Positions 12,217 through 23,905 of a DNA stretch of 64,000 nt are shown piece after piece. Origin of the DNA: Naegleria gruberi (taxonomy: Eukaryota); NCBI GenBank assembly GCA_000004985.1, contig GG738876.1, one strand, 5' to 3'. The notes under the pieces are model-generated. The model saw only the letters and a list, made by a program, of their open reading frames with translations, did not search any database and was not told where the DNA came from. Within the stretch, counting starts at the first letter, position 1. The number at the start of each line of letters is the position of its first letter. A program made the position numbers and the translations under genes.

Positions 12217-15200
12217 ATGTCAAACTTCAACAGCAGTCCACTGTTGTTGGTATTGGCACTTGTATTCCTCACGCTTACATTTTCATCTTTATCATTCGTT
12301 AGTCCACAATGTCCTCATCAACAATCTGGTCTCATCAACTTTTCCACACTCTCCAACTACAACACTCAGTCAGCAAATATTGTCCTCACAGGTGGACAAC
12401 AAGTTCTCGTCGATGTTTCCACAACAAACGTTCTACGTTCCATCGTTGTTAGTTCGGGTACTAGTTTGATATTTAACGATGCCAATTTGAATTTAAATGT
12501 TGAATTTATTAGAGTGGAGAGTGGAGGAAGTTTAATCATGGGAAGTTTGTCGTGTCCAATTAATAATAAGATTGTTGTTACTTTCTATGGAGGTAGAACA
12601 ACTGATAATGTTATTGGAAGTGATCCAGCAGATTCTACTGAAACTGGTATGTTTCATTTTCTAATTTCATGTGTTAAATATTTCATTGTAAACTATTATT
12701 GAAAATGTTACAAAATAGGTTACAAGGGATTAGTGCTCATGACTGGCTCAACAGTTCAAATGCACGGTAAGGTCTACACTCCATCTTGGACAACCCTTTC
12801 CACAACTGTCACCAAGGGATCAGCAACTATTCAAGTTTCCGAATCAACTCAATGGAGAGTTGGTGATAAAATTGTAATCGCTTCAAGTGATTATTCTGAT
12901 TTGTACAATTGGGATGAAGATACTAGAGACTCGTTGCTTTGGAAACGTGGATTTGGTTTTAAGGATCAAACAGAAGAACGTACCATTAAGAGAATTATCA
13001 ATGCTTACACTTTTGAATTGAACTCACCATTGAATTACACTCACTTTAGTCAAGCACCTGACATGATGTGTGAAGTTGCAGTTTTGAATAGAAATATTGT
13101 GTTCACAGGTGATTCATCATCTGATACTAGTTTATTTGGTGGACATATTATGGTTCGTCCAACTGCTTCCAAATGTGAAATTAAAGGAATTGAAATTACC
13201 AAAATGGGATTGAGTGGAATTATGGGAAGATACCCAATCCACTTCCACGTTTGGGGAGAACACGCAAATTCCAATCCAGGAGCTTTCTATTTGAAAGATT
13301 CTTCCATTCACGACACTTATCAAAGATGTGTCGTTGTTCACGATACTAATGGATTGATTATTCAAGGAAATGTTTGTTACAACACTGTAGGCCATCAATA
13401 TTTCTTGGAAGATGGTCCAGAAATGTCCAATTCGTTCATTGGAAACTTAGGCTTAAAGGCAATTCCAGTCCCCAATGAAGATACCAAGCAATTAATCAAA
13501 TCTGAATCATCACCAGCAATTTTCTGGATTACCAATGCCAATAACACATTTATTGGAAACCATGCTGTTGGAGGTCGTTTTTCCTATTGGTTTACTCAAC
13601 CAGCCAATCCAACTGGTCTCTCAGCAACTAAATACGGTACCAATAACTATTATGTCAGGCCAAGGAATCAACCACTTGGTGTCTTTAGGGATAACGTTGC
13701 TCATGGTGCTGGTGAAAATGCACTCCATATTGATGACATGGTTAAGCCAGATACAACTACTGAACCGGAGGCTTTCGTTCCTTTGAGAGGTCCATATCCT
13801 GTTCTTGATTATTGGGTAGCTCCTGATTATGTGGATGCTATTTTTGAAAATTTTGTTGCTTGGAAGAATAGAGGATATGGTATTTGGTCTCGTTCCGCTC
13901 ACTTGGTTTTCAGAAATTGTAGATTGTACGATAATAGAATTGGTATGAATGCTCCACCTAATGGTCCTGTTTTATTTGAGAATTGTTATATTGTTGCTGA
14001 AACAGCAAATGTTGGCGAAGTCACCTCAATGAGAAGTCAAGTTGATAAGGGAGGAAGAACTAGACCTGGGCAATGGTCTTCTGAAGAAGTTTTGAAAGGT
14101 ATGGAACACTATGATAATGGTGGCCCTCAATTGGTTAGAAATGTTACCTTTGTTGGATTTAAGACTGATCAATACAGAGCTGCTGGTTCGCTTTCTGGGT
14201 TGAGTTACGCACCATTTAAGCATCAAACCAAGAACAAGTATGCTGATATGAAATTCATTGATAGTAATGTCTATTATCAATATGATTCTTTCTATGATTC
14301 ACACAAAGGAACAACTGTATTGGATGTTGATGGTTCATCAACTGGACTCAAACCAAATGGTTGGATTGTTAGCAATGATTCCCTCCTTATTCATCCAAAA
14401 TGTGAAGCCAAATCTGAATGGAATGGTTTTAAATGTCCTGTATTCCCTGAAAGTTATGGACAATTGGAAGTTTTGAATTTACAATTCTCTAGTACTTCAA
14501 ATACTGGTTCCAATGGTGTCAACTATCCTGATCTTTCTGATCCATCAAAGCGTGTCATGAGAATGAAAGTAATTGATTTAAAGAGAGGCTCTTCATCTTC
14601 AGTAATTGGTGCAACATCATCTGGTTCACCTAATGTATTGGCATTATTGTCAAATATTGTCATGAGAAATTTATATACTCTAAGATGGGCTTTCAACACT
14701 CCTACACCAAGTCAATTGCAACTTTCTCTCCGTTCCAATGCTCACAGTGATTGGGTCATTATTGCAATTCAATATCCAACTGGATCAACTTTTGAAGTTG
14801 TTCGTAAAACCTGGTCACAAAGTCCATTAACTTTGAGTTCAGTTGATTCTCTCTCTGCCTTGATGGATAATCCAGATTCCTACTATTACGAAAGTTACTC
14901 TCAACATTTGTACATTAAATTGGAAAATAGAGCCGGATTGGATGCCTGGGAAGAATGGCGTGGTTTCAGTGATTATGCATATGATGGTATTTCAATTACT
15001 ATTAAGGCAACATGTCCTAGCAACTCATGCTCGCCTACCAAATTTGATTATCCAACCAATTATGCCACTCTTTTGCAAAGAAACATTCGTGAAGAGAGAT
15101 ATGCCGGTGTTTTGCAAACTTGTCAACAAAACCTTGTGAAATCTGTCAATACCAATACTGGATCTGGTTATGTCTTTGCTTTTGCCAATCCTGTTAAGAG

Positions 15201-16347
15201 AACTGTCGATTTTAGTGTTTATCATGACTTGTCTTCAATTGTTACTAAGGTTGAAGTTGGAATTGGGTTGCCAGGTGCTGAAAAGAGAATTGTTCAAAGA
15301 CCTTACAAGATTAGTCCTTACACTGTTTCACGTTTCACTCTCCAATACACTTATGATGAATATGTTTCACTTTTGAAAGGTGAAGTTTTTGTGAAATTAT
15401 CAACAAGTCAAAATCCAAATGGTCATTTGAGAGCTCAAATTTATTGTAATAACGGTAAGAGAGATGGTCTTCCTAATTGTTCTCTTCCACCTACTATTTC
15501 AACTGCCAAACCGTGTGATGCTGTCCCTGGAGCTTTAAATATTTATTCTGAAAAGACTGATATTACTGGATGGCCTGATTGGGATATTTACTCATACACA
15601 GATAATATTGACACAAACCAGACCTATGTTAATTATTCATATACTGAATCTCCAATTTGTGGTGCTACTTCTATTCTATTTGGTACTCAAAGAGGAGCTA
15701 TTCAAATTTACCATCACACTGGAAGCCCAATGCCTTCTATTGACACTGCTCAATACAAGTACTTTGAATTCTTTGCCAAGGCCAAGAGTGGAGGACCAGT
15801 TCAATTGGGTATTGCCTTTTTCAAATACGATTCTGCTAAGGGTTCATCTGTTGCAATTGGAAATCTTGAACCAATCACCAACTCTTACATTCAACATTTC
15901 ATGATTGATGATCAAAGAGTAACTAGAGTGAGAATTCCACTTTCTGCCGTTCCTGGATTTACTGGCCAACAAAGCCTTCAAACAATCACCATTTACACAG
16001 TCCAACCATGGAACAGTGCTATTTTCAGAGAAGTTATTATTGATAATTTGAGATTTGTTAAGGAAACTACCGATGTCAAATCATTACAGGGAATTAATGG
16101 AACTAGTGATATTGTTTATTTCAATGAAAAGGTCTGTTCAGCTTCACCTGTCACTAATCCAGACTCTGATCCATTGGGATTAATTACTTTCAGTGCATTG
16201 CCAGCTCCAGATCCAATTCCACAATCTAGCACAACACCATCCAATAGTTCTGGAAATAATTCCAAGCTCTCTGTTGGTTCTATCTCTAGAGCTAATAACT
16301 TTATTGTTGGATTATTGGTTGCTTTGATTTGCTTCTTTCTAATATAA
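12217..16347 (+). CDS. Large secreted/GPI-anchored protein with a G8 domain and CEMIP/TMEM2-like beta-helix
   Basis: join(12217..12646, 12719..16347). The intron is 12647..12718 (72 nt, GTATGT..AATAG, phase 1). There is an N-terminal signal peptide. The G8-like segment starts YKGLVLMTGSTVQMHG. The GRYPIHFH motif with repeated N/G-rich beta-helix-like units resembles CEMIP/TMEM2/fibrocystin-type ectodomains. A C-terminal hydrophobic tail after a Ser-rich stretch suggests a GPI anchor. Confidence 0.7.
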
Positions 16348-16534
16348 TAAAATAGTTTTCAGTTGTAACAAGATGAATTTCAAAATTATTACTTCCATTT
16401 CCAGTTTCATTTTATTGTCTCAAAACGTTTCTTTAAGGAAATGTAAACATGTCAATTAAAAAGTATGTGATTTAGTTTATTTACAAGTTGTGAGATATTT
16501 ACAAATTTTCAATGTCAAAATCCTGCTTTCAACA

Positions 16535-18584
16535 TTATTGCTGTTGTTCTTCGTGAGCAGAGTCGTGATGATCGTCATCCACCAAGACGTCCATGACATC
16601 TTCAACATCGTTGACCTGTTCCTCAGTGATAACCATTTGCTTTTCAGCCAAGTTTCTATAGATACCATTTGGAATCTTGACGAGTTCACTATGTTTACCC
16701 TTTTCTTTCATGACGCCTTTAACCAAGACACAGATAACATCTGAGTTAATGACAGTTGTCAATCTGTGAGCAATACAAATGGTAGTTCTTCCCTTCATCA
16801 ATTGATCCAAAGCAGCTTGAACCAAACTTTCAGATTCAGTATCTAGAGCAGAGGTAGCTTCATCCAAAAGTAAAATCTTTGGATTTTGCAATAAGGCTCT
16901 AGCTATGGCAATTCTTTGCTTTTGACCACCAGATAAAGAAACACCCTTTTCACCAAGTTGGGTTTCATACTTATCAGGTAAATCCATAATAAAGTTGTGA
17001 GCATTAGCTTGTTTGGCAGCATTTTCAATTTGTTCAGGAGTACAATTTTCCAATCCAATTGAGTAGGCAATATTATACTTGATAGATCCAGCAAAGAGAA
17101 CTGGTTCTTGTCCTACAATACCAATCACCTTGTGTAAGTACATTGGATCGATAGTTTCCAAATCGACTCCATCCAAATAAATCTTTCCCTTAACTGGTTT
17201 GTAGAATCTTTCCAATAAACCAACAATTGTTGATTTACCAGAACCAGATGGACCAACTAAAGCAATGGTTTGACCCTTTTTGATATCCAAACTAAAGTCC
17301 TTCATAACAAGAGTATTCGGTCTGGAAGGATAGGCAAAATCAACATTATCAATAACAATGTTTCCTTCAATATTTTCAGGTTGAACTCCTCCCATGAATG
17401 GAATATCTGGCTTTCTCAAAACAACCTTCAACAAGGTTGTTTCAGAAACGAATGCTTTACCATAATGAGGATAAAAAGTTGCTGATCTAGTCAAACTGAT
17501 AACACCCAAATAAAGCATACCAAAAACTTTGAATATCGAACCGAGTGTGGCTTGTTTTTCAGCTACCATATCACCACCAAACCAAAAGGCCAACGCAATA
17601 GTTCCATAAGTAACCATAGCAGCCCATCCATAAGCGAAAGAGTGAGCCATTCCCTTATAAATACCATTTCTATTAATCTTGAATAAATCCAATTTAAATC
17701 TTTCAATTTCCTTTAATTCTCCAGCCATTGAACGAATTGTCTTGATACAACCTGTAATTTCATTGGAAACAGCAGCAGAATTTTCAGTCAATCTATTAAT
17801 TCTCTTTGTGATGAGTGTAGAGATGGTGGACATGATCATGTAATTGATAAAAGTTAATGGTGATGTACTAACTAGGATCAATGCCATTTTCCAATTGACA
17901 CACATTGCCAAAATGAAACCAACAATAAATTGAATAATTTCTTGAAGGTAGAGATACAATTCGTTGGTGTAAACATCTTGAATTTTTGGAATATCTTCAG
18001 ATAAGACAACTGTCAATGCACCCAATTTCTTAATATCAAAGAAACTCATTTCTTGCTTGGCGAGGGCCTTCATATAGGCCTCTCTGAGAGCAGTACCCAA
18101 ACGAGCATTACTCAATTGCAAGAAGAAATGTTGCATGGCAAAGGCAACCATACCACAAAATGTAATAATTGTCAATTTGATAGCTGTTTGAGCGACAGCA
18201 TCTTTCAATTGATCCACAGTTGCAGTTCCAGCATTGAGGAAAAAGGCATCAATTAAATCACCTAAAATCCATTGACAACTGAAAATGCAAGTCAGATTAT
18301 TGAAATTTCACTAGAAAAACTTACATGACAGGAATTAAACCATAAGCCATACATCCAATAGCTCCAATTCCTACAAAAATCAAATTCCAACCAAATATTT
18401 GAAGAATCTTTAAGTGGTGATAAAACTTAATGTTAGGTTCTCTTGCATCTTTGATTGCAACTTCATTCTCCTTCTTTACTTTCTTATTCTTTCTTTTAAA
18501 AACGTGTCTTCTTTCCTCAGTTGATTGTTTGGTGGCAACACCAGTTCCTTGTTGTTGTTGCAATTGTACAACTTCAGTAGGCAT
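16535..18584 (-). CDS. ABC transporter, ABCB-type half transporter (TMD-NBD)
   Basis: join(18584..18325, 18278..16535). The intron is 18279..18324 (46 nt, GTAAGT..TTCAG, phase 2). Six-helix TMD features are followed by an NBD with Walker A (GPSGSGKST), the ABC signature (LSGGQKQRIAIARAL) and Walker B (ILLLDEATSALD). Confidence 0.85.
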
Positions 18585-19019
18585 AGTGAAATAATGAATA
18601 TTAGTTTTTTTTGTGATTGTTCTATATCGAAATCATTCAAACATTTGCTATTTAAATGATGATAGTACTGTGATGATCTCATATTTCGTTGCTGATTCTC
18701 TAACTTGTAGCCATGATGGTGATTCTTTTTCGTTGTTCATAATTTTAGAACAGATTACAAATTGAATAATACTCCTCAATTCGGATTCCATTCTTGAACA
18801 AGTTGCCTCAAGTATTTTCAACTGCACAGTCACGGGGAATTGTCATCATAAACATCCGAATGAAAGATGTTAGTATTCTGAAGGTTATGATGACTTTTTA
18901 TTTAGAATTTTAGCATAAAATAAAAATTATTTAAATAAAAAAATAAAAATAAAATAGAATTTAATTTTTCTTGCTCACAAACACATTCATGTGATTATTA
19001 TTAGTTGTTGTTTTAGTGA

Positions 19020-19640
19020 ACAGGCTCTTAACCTTGTGGTCGTGGGTTCGACCCCCAGTTTAAAGTAATGGCAAGACTACTTTTACCAACATTGGAAGGA
19101 GCAATTAATAGAATTCTTGCCCAGTTAATCTTTTCTGATCGTTTTTTGAGCTCTACGGTTTCCCACATAATTTAGGTTTCCAATGTAAATTAGAAAAATT
19201 AAAGAAAAATTAAAAACATTAGTCTGACTCCCAGATTTCACTCTCTGTTAGCTCATGCTCAGTTCTGCAATCTGACCATCCTACAGTGTGAAGGCTATGA
19301 TTTGCTCAGTTATCCTGCCTCAACCGGTTCACCTTTCATTAGGACCCTAGTTTCTCCTTATTCATGGGGAGGTACTATGGTCACACCGCTATTGGCGCAG
19401 ACAGAACATCGTCACCATATTGCTAACAGAGGAATGAGTCTGAAGAACCATCCCTTTGCCTGACGCTGTGGCAGAGAACCATCACAGCTACCTCCCTACA
19501 GTAGCCCAGCTTGTCTTTGTGGATAGATCTAGAGGTAGAAGAGTGGATCTGATCGTAAAAACCTGATTTGATGTGGTTCTCAAATAAAAAATATTTTAAC
19601 CTTATCATGATCAATGGATTATTTGATGACGTCATTTGGC
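19020..19640. other. Non-coding block with elevated GC, a tRNA-like B-box fragment and no ORF. It is a candidate ncRNA, SINE-like element or retroelement remnant.
   Basis: GGTTCGACCCCC at 19046-19057 is a Pol III B-box / T-arm consensus sitting in a partial tRNA-like sequence. That sequence cannot fold into a full cloverleaf. It is followed by roughly 550 bp that is clearly more GC-rich than the flanks, has no long ORF on either strand, and lies between two minus-strand genes. I could not match it to U1/U2/U4/U5/U6, RNase P or SRP consensus motifs by eye. Confidence 0.3.
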
Positions 19641-19659
19641 TTTCAAGGGATTAATAATG

Positions 19660-21713
19660 TTAGTATTGGTAAATCTTGTTAAGCCACTCCTCGCCAAAGG
19701 ATAGAGTTATTAAACAAATGAGAAAGCAGGTGGCCATCTTTCCATTCATTTCTGTGGCAAAGTATCTTCCAATGAAAGGAGATGCATCACTGAGTGAGCT
19801 TTGAAAGAGAGACATGCCACCGAATGAGTAATTTTCATCACTTAGGGACAAATGGAGAGCTGGTGGTACATAATTGCTCTTACTGCAACCTCTAAATTCA
19901 TTATCATTGTCATATGAAATGGAAAATGATAACCTAGTCGCCTCCTTACTTGGCCAGTGAATAAAAAGTGTGGCATCTAGTTTATCGTAGGAATATTCGT
20001 GACTGGTTGAGTGGTCTATTATACAGGTATTGGAAAATATGTTGGTTATAAATTGGTTGAATACACAGGGATTATTCGAGAAATGAGGTTTAAAAGCACT
20101 CACAATCTTTGTGAGTTGAGCTTGGTGTGGAAGTTGAAGCAAGTTGGCATTGTTCAATACGGTGAAGAATTTCCAATTACCAATTCTGGAAGAAACCTCT
20201 TGAGGTAGGCTAGTTCTTAACTTGTGAATGTATCTCCATACTAGATTATTGGATAATAGAGTTGACCACTCCTTGCTTAACATTGACATGAAATTCAATT
20301 CTTTTCCAGATAAGTAGCTCATGATATTAAGCACAATATCAGTGGAGAAGTATTGTTTCTGTATCTTAACTCCTTCCAAAGAAGAAATATCAAATGCTAA
20401 ACTAGTATCATCTGAATTGATAAGTTTAAAATCAATTTCCTGATCCTTAAAGAACTTTTTCAAAATCAAAGGTTGATACAGAATTTTGTGAACTTTTCCA
20501 GCTAATTCTGCAATATTATCTACAACACATGTGAAAATCTTATTGTCGTGGTTGGAGCAACAGATTTTTTGAACAGCAAGTAGAATGTGCTCATCGAGAT
20601 TATCAATATCCATCCAAGTATTAAATCTTGGAAGGATAAATCCACAAACCTGCTGAGCAATATAATCCCATGATTCTTGATAGAATTCAATATCATCAGT
20701 CGATTTTAACTTCCTCTTGATGGGAGATGTTTTGAAAACATCCTTCAATCGTTTCATATTAGATGGTAATATCTCATCACAGAGCATATCTTTTGTAATA
20801 TTGTAAGGATAATTATTGGTGACAATCTGTGAAACAATATTAATAGAAATTTCTCTAAACAATTCACTATCGGTATTTTGATGGGATTTGAAGAGTGTTT
20901 GTAATACTGTCACTTTGATCAACCTATCATAGTATATAAAATCAAGTGGATCGGTAGCAGTGTCAAATGGAGGGTTGAGAAATGCATTCTCGAGCTTATT
21001 AATCATCCTAATGAGTGAAAAATCATTCAAGTGAATTTTCCATTTTTCCATCTCAATATTTTGACAAAGGTGGGATCTTTTCAATACTTCCAATAAGCTT
21101 AATGGCGCTAAAAATGCTTTTTTAAAGAAAGGTACCGAAACCTTTTCCAATATTTCAAACGATTTTAATCATTGCAATATTCAATCTCAATAATCGATCC
21201 ACAATTCAATTGAAGGCAAACAGATATTTCCTTCCAATCTTTTGGCAAAATTTCATTAATTCTCAAAGTTACTTCCTCTTCGCTGTCATCATTCAAATTT
21301 TCATGGGTGAAATTCTGAACCTTGATCAAGTAATTAATTCTCACCTCTCGAATAACCTTACCACTACTCGATATCAATAACTCTTTCAATGATCCAATAT
21401 CCATACACACCAAATCCCAATCACTTTTATCAATATTCAAAAATCTCTTCCGACTCTGCTTCATAATAAAGTGATTTCTATAGAGTGTATCATCAAACAT
21501 CTCTAAATTAGTATCCTGATAGTATTCTATTAAAGCCCTCGAGCCAATCAATAGAAAATCAAGAGGAGGAATCTTTTCTTGATCATCATTGTACCTCTGT
21601 TTTGATGGAAATTCCCTTTTTAAAATGTTGATCAATTCATCAACACTGATCACTCTCATCCATTCCGTTAGTGATAATTGGCGATTATCATCACTAGTAT
21701 CGTGTTGAAACAT
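19660..21713 (-). CDS. Hypothetical protein. Two adjacent ORFs are probably one gene.
   Basis: Track ORFs 21165..21713 and 19660..21150 are in different frames and 14 nt apart. The downstream ORF begins with a TTG, so it has no ATG of its own. An 80-nt intron 21142..21221 (donor GTTTGC, acceptor AAAAG) joins them in phase: join(21713..21222, 21141..19660), about 658 aa. A sequencing frameshift or two separate genes remain possible. I recognised no domain. Confidence 0.4.
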
Positions 21714-21819
21714 TTTTTTCTACTCAAACTTGGAATTTAACTAGCTTACAATATATTAAGAACTGTTTCGAATACAGTTCAATATTCTTCTTCCTAAATT
21801 CGATACATAATTAAACAAA

Positions 21820-22236
21820 ATGGGACAATCACTGGCTGCAGAACATTCCCATCTCTTCCTAGCTCCACCAACCTCTATTTCCTATCCAATCCCATTTCAA
21901 TCACGAGATGATTTCACTCAAGATGCTCATCAATTCCGAATTGATTTCCATTCGGTGAGTCATGAGGATTATCAAAGGAGTTTCTCAACGAAGGGATTCT
22001 ATGTAAGATCGTGCGTGAATTTGTATGTTGTTCGGAAGCTGCTCGAGAATGAACAAGATTATCAATTACTTGCTCAGTACTGTTTAGTGTATGGTCCTTG
22101 TTCGGGACAATATAAAATCTATAGAATTTGTTCGAGTTTGAATGGTGGAAAATCAGAGTTGGTTAATTCGCAGAGATTGACTGCTGATTTGATTAATTTT
22201 GTCAGGAATGACATTGTAAATATATTATTAAATTAA
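21820..22236 (+). CDS. Hypothetical small protein (138 aa) with a possible N-myristoylation signal (MGQSLA)
   Basis: ATG-initiated ORF. It shares a 106-bp divergent promoter with the minus-strand gene that starts at 21713. No family was recognised. Confidence 0.45.
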   Translation: MGQSLAAEHSHLFLAPPTSISYPIPFQSRDDFTQDAHQFRIDFHSVSHEDYQRSFSTKGFYVRSCVNLYVVRKLLENEQDYQLLAQYCLVYGPCSGQYKIYRICSSLNGGKSELVNSQRLTADLINFVRNDIVNILLN

Positions 22237-22305
22237 TAATACTGTAACTATTAAATTATTAAAATAATATTTAATAATTATTTAATAATTATTAAAAAAA
22301 ATAGC

Positions 22306-23820
22306 ATGAATAAGGAGGAGCAAATTCAACAATGTAGAACAGAATTACAAGATGAAATTGCTAAATTATTAGATGATCATGATAAGAAGAATAATTCGGA
22401 ATTTACAACTCGTGAACAACGAGTGATGACGAAAATTGTGGAGAGGGAAATTAATTTGGCTAGTAATCGATTAATTCAATCCAGTGAAGCCTTTGCAACC
22501 ATTCCTCTGCAAAGAGTGGTCGATAATTATTATATAGAATTTGAAAAACAAGTAATCAAACCACTTGAAGGCTTGGAGCAAGGCTTTGAAAAGTGTTTTG
22601 TATTGTTTTATGAAACTCTATGGAAACAAGTAGTAGTTAATAGAAGTTTTGATGAAGGGAATAATGAAAAAGTGAACACTGATGGACAAGAAGAAGTATA
22701 TTTTGATATAGGGATGAAAATAACAGAGAGAGGAAATCATGTGGAAATTAGTTATTGGTCATTGATGGACTATCATGGAACTTGTGAAAGAAAGTTGACT
22801 ATTCCATATGATTTGAAGAATATGGCATCGATTTTTAAAGAATTATTGGTTAGAGAAGACAAGGAGAGAGTTGAACCTATTTCAGTATTCAATTTTTTAT
22901 TCAAAATGAGCTTGTTGATTGAAAAGATTAAATTTCTAACCCTTGTAGATCAATGCAAGAGTAAGGATAGTATTTTACTGAAAAGTATCTGCATTAATAG
23001 ATGCTTTCTTGATAGGGATACCATTTTAAATGTTGATGAGGAAAGAGATTTGACGGATGAGGAGAATGATATTATTTTTCAAAATAGTGTGGAGAGGTTC
23101 GAGATTCAACGAGAGAAAACAATTGAAAAAATTGTGAGTGAGCATCTTGGTAAAATCAAGATCAAGGATGAAGGAATTAACTTGGTTTGCAAAAAGGGAA
23201 TAATAGAGAAGAAACGTGAAGAGCTTACTGAGGAATTTTTAGGAAATGAAAGATTATTTATTAATAATGAATTGATTTTACACAGTCAACCTGTCAAGGA
23301 AATTCCTCTTACTGAAAAGATACCACCTCAATATTTATTCGAACCAATTGAAATACCAAAGGAGAAGAGACAGGAAAAATTCGTAGATTTTGTCTACAAG
23401 ACGAGAGGTTTCAAGGTTCAATCTGATCAGCTACTTGACGATATGAGGTTTTCAAAAATTATCGATAGAAATACTGTCAAAAGAGAAAAGAAGGCAGAAG
23501 TACCCAATTTCAATCTTCCAGTTACACCAAAAACTAGCCAAGATAATGGAGTAATTGCTAGAACGGCATCAACTCTTATTTCAGAATATCTAAGAAATGT
23601 TTCACTAAGAAATTTTGCCTTTGAACAATACAAGAATGACAGATTGAGCATTATGCAAAACAGACTCGGAAACGTTGGTGGCAGAGATCACTTTACAACT
23701 TTGTTAATCAGAAGAATGAGAAATCGATTGAAATATTTACTTGCCCAACCAAACCATAAAGTATCAACTGAAAAGAAGGAAGAGGCGATTATTGGTTTTT
23801 TGAGAATGTTAAGTCAATAA
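22306..23820 (+). CDS. Hypothetical protein (504 aa), acidic/coiled-coil-like
   Basis: Long ATG-initiated ORF with no introns evident and no recognisable domain. Confidence 0.5.
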   Translation: MNKEEQIQQCRTELQDEIAKLLDDHDKKNNSEFTTREQRVMTKIVEREINLASNRLIQSSEAFATIPLQRVVDNYYIEFEKQVIKPLEGLEQGFEKCFVLFYETLWKQVVVNRSFDEGNNEKVNTDGQEEVYFDIGMKITERGNHVEISYWSLMDYHGTCERKLTIPYDLKNMASIFKELLVREDKERVEPISVFNFLFKMSLLIEKIKFLTLVDQCKSKDSILLKSICINRCFLDRDTILNVDEERDLTDEENDIIFQNSVERFEIQREKTIEKIVSEHLGKIKIKDEGINLVCKKGIIEKKREELTEEFLGNERLFINNELILHSQPVKEIPLTEKIPPQYLFEPIEIPKEKRQEKFVDFVYKTRGFKVQSDQLLDDMRFSKIIDRNTVKREKKAEVPNFNLPVTPKTSQDNGVIARTASTLISEYLRNVSLRNFAFEQYKNDRLSIMQNRLGNVGGRDHFTTLLIRRMRNRLKYLLAQPNHKVSTEKKEEAIIGFLRMLSQ

Positions 23821-23905
23821 GAAATGGTTTTTTATAATAGCTAAGTCAATAAAAGAATACTGAAAAAATTACAGAGGATAAACCAATAAGTTATTATTGT
23901 TACAA

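Noticed and set aside
13050-15904. Multiple short ORFs on both strands
   Set aside because: They are embedded in or antisense to the 3.6-kb G8-domain exon. None has coding features of its own.
19020-19090. Possible third tRNA gene
   Set aside because: It contains a good B-box/T-arm (GGTTCGACCCCC). No acceptor-stem partner, D-arm or anticodon stem can be formed. I keep it only as a tRNA-like fragment inside the candidate ncRNA/SINE block.
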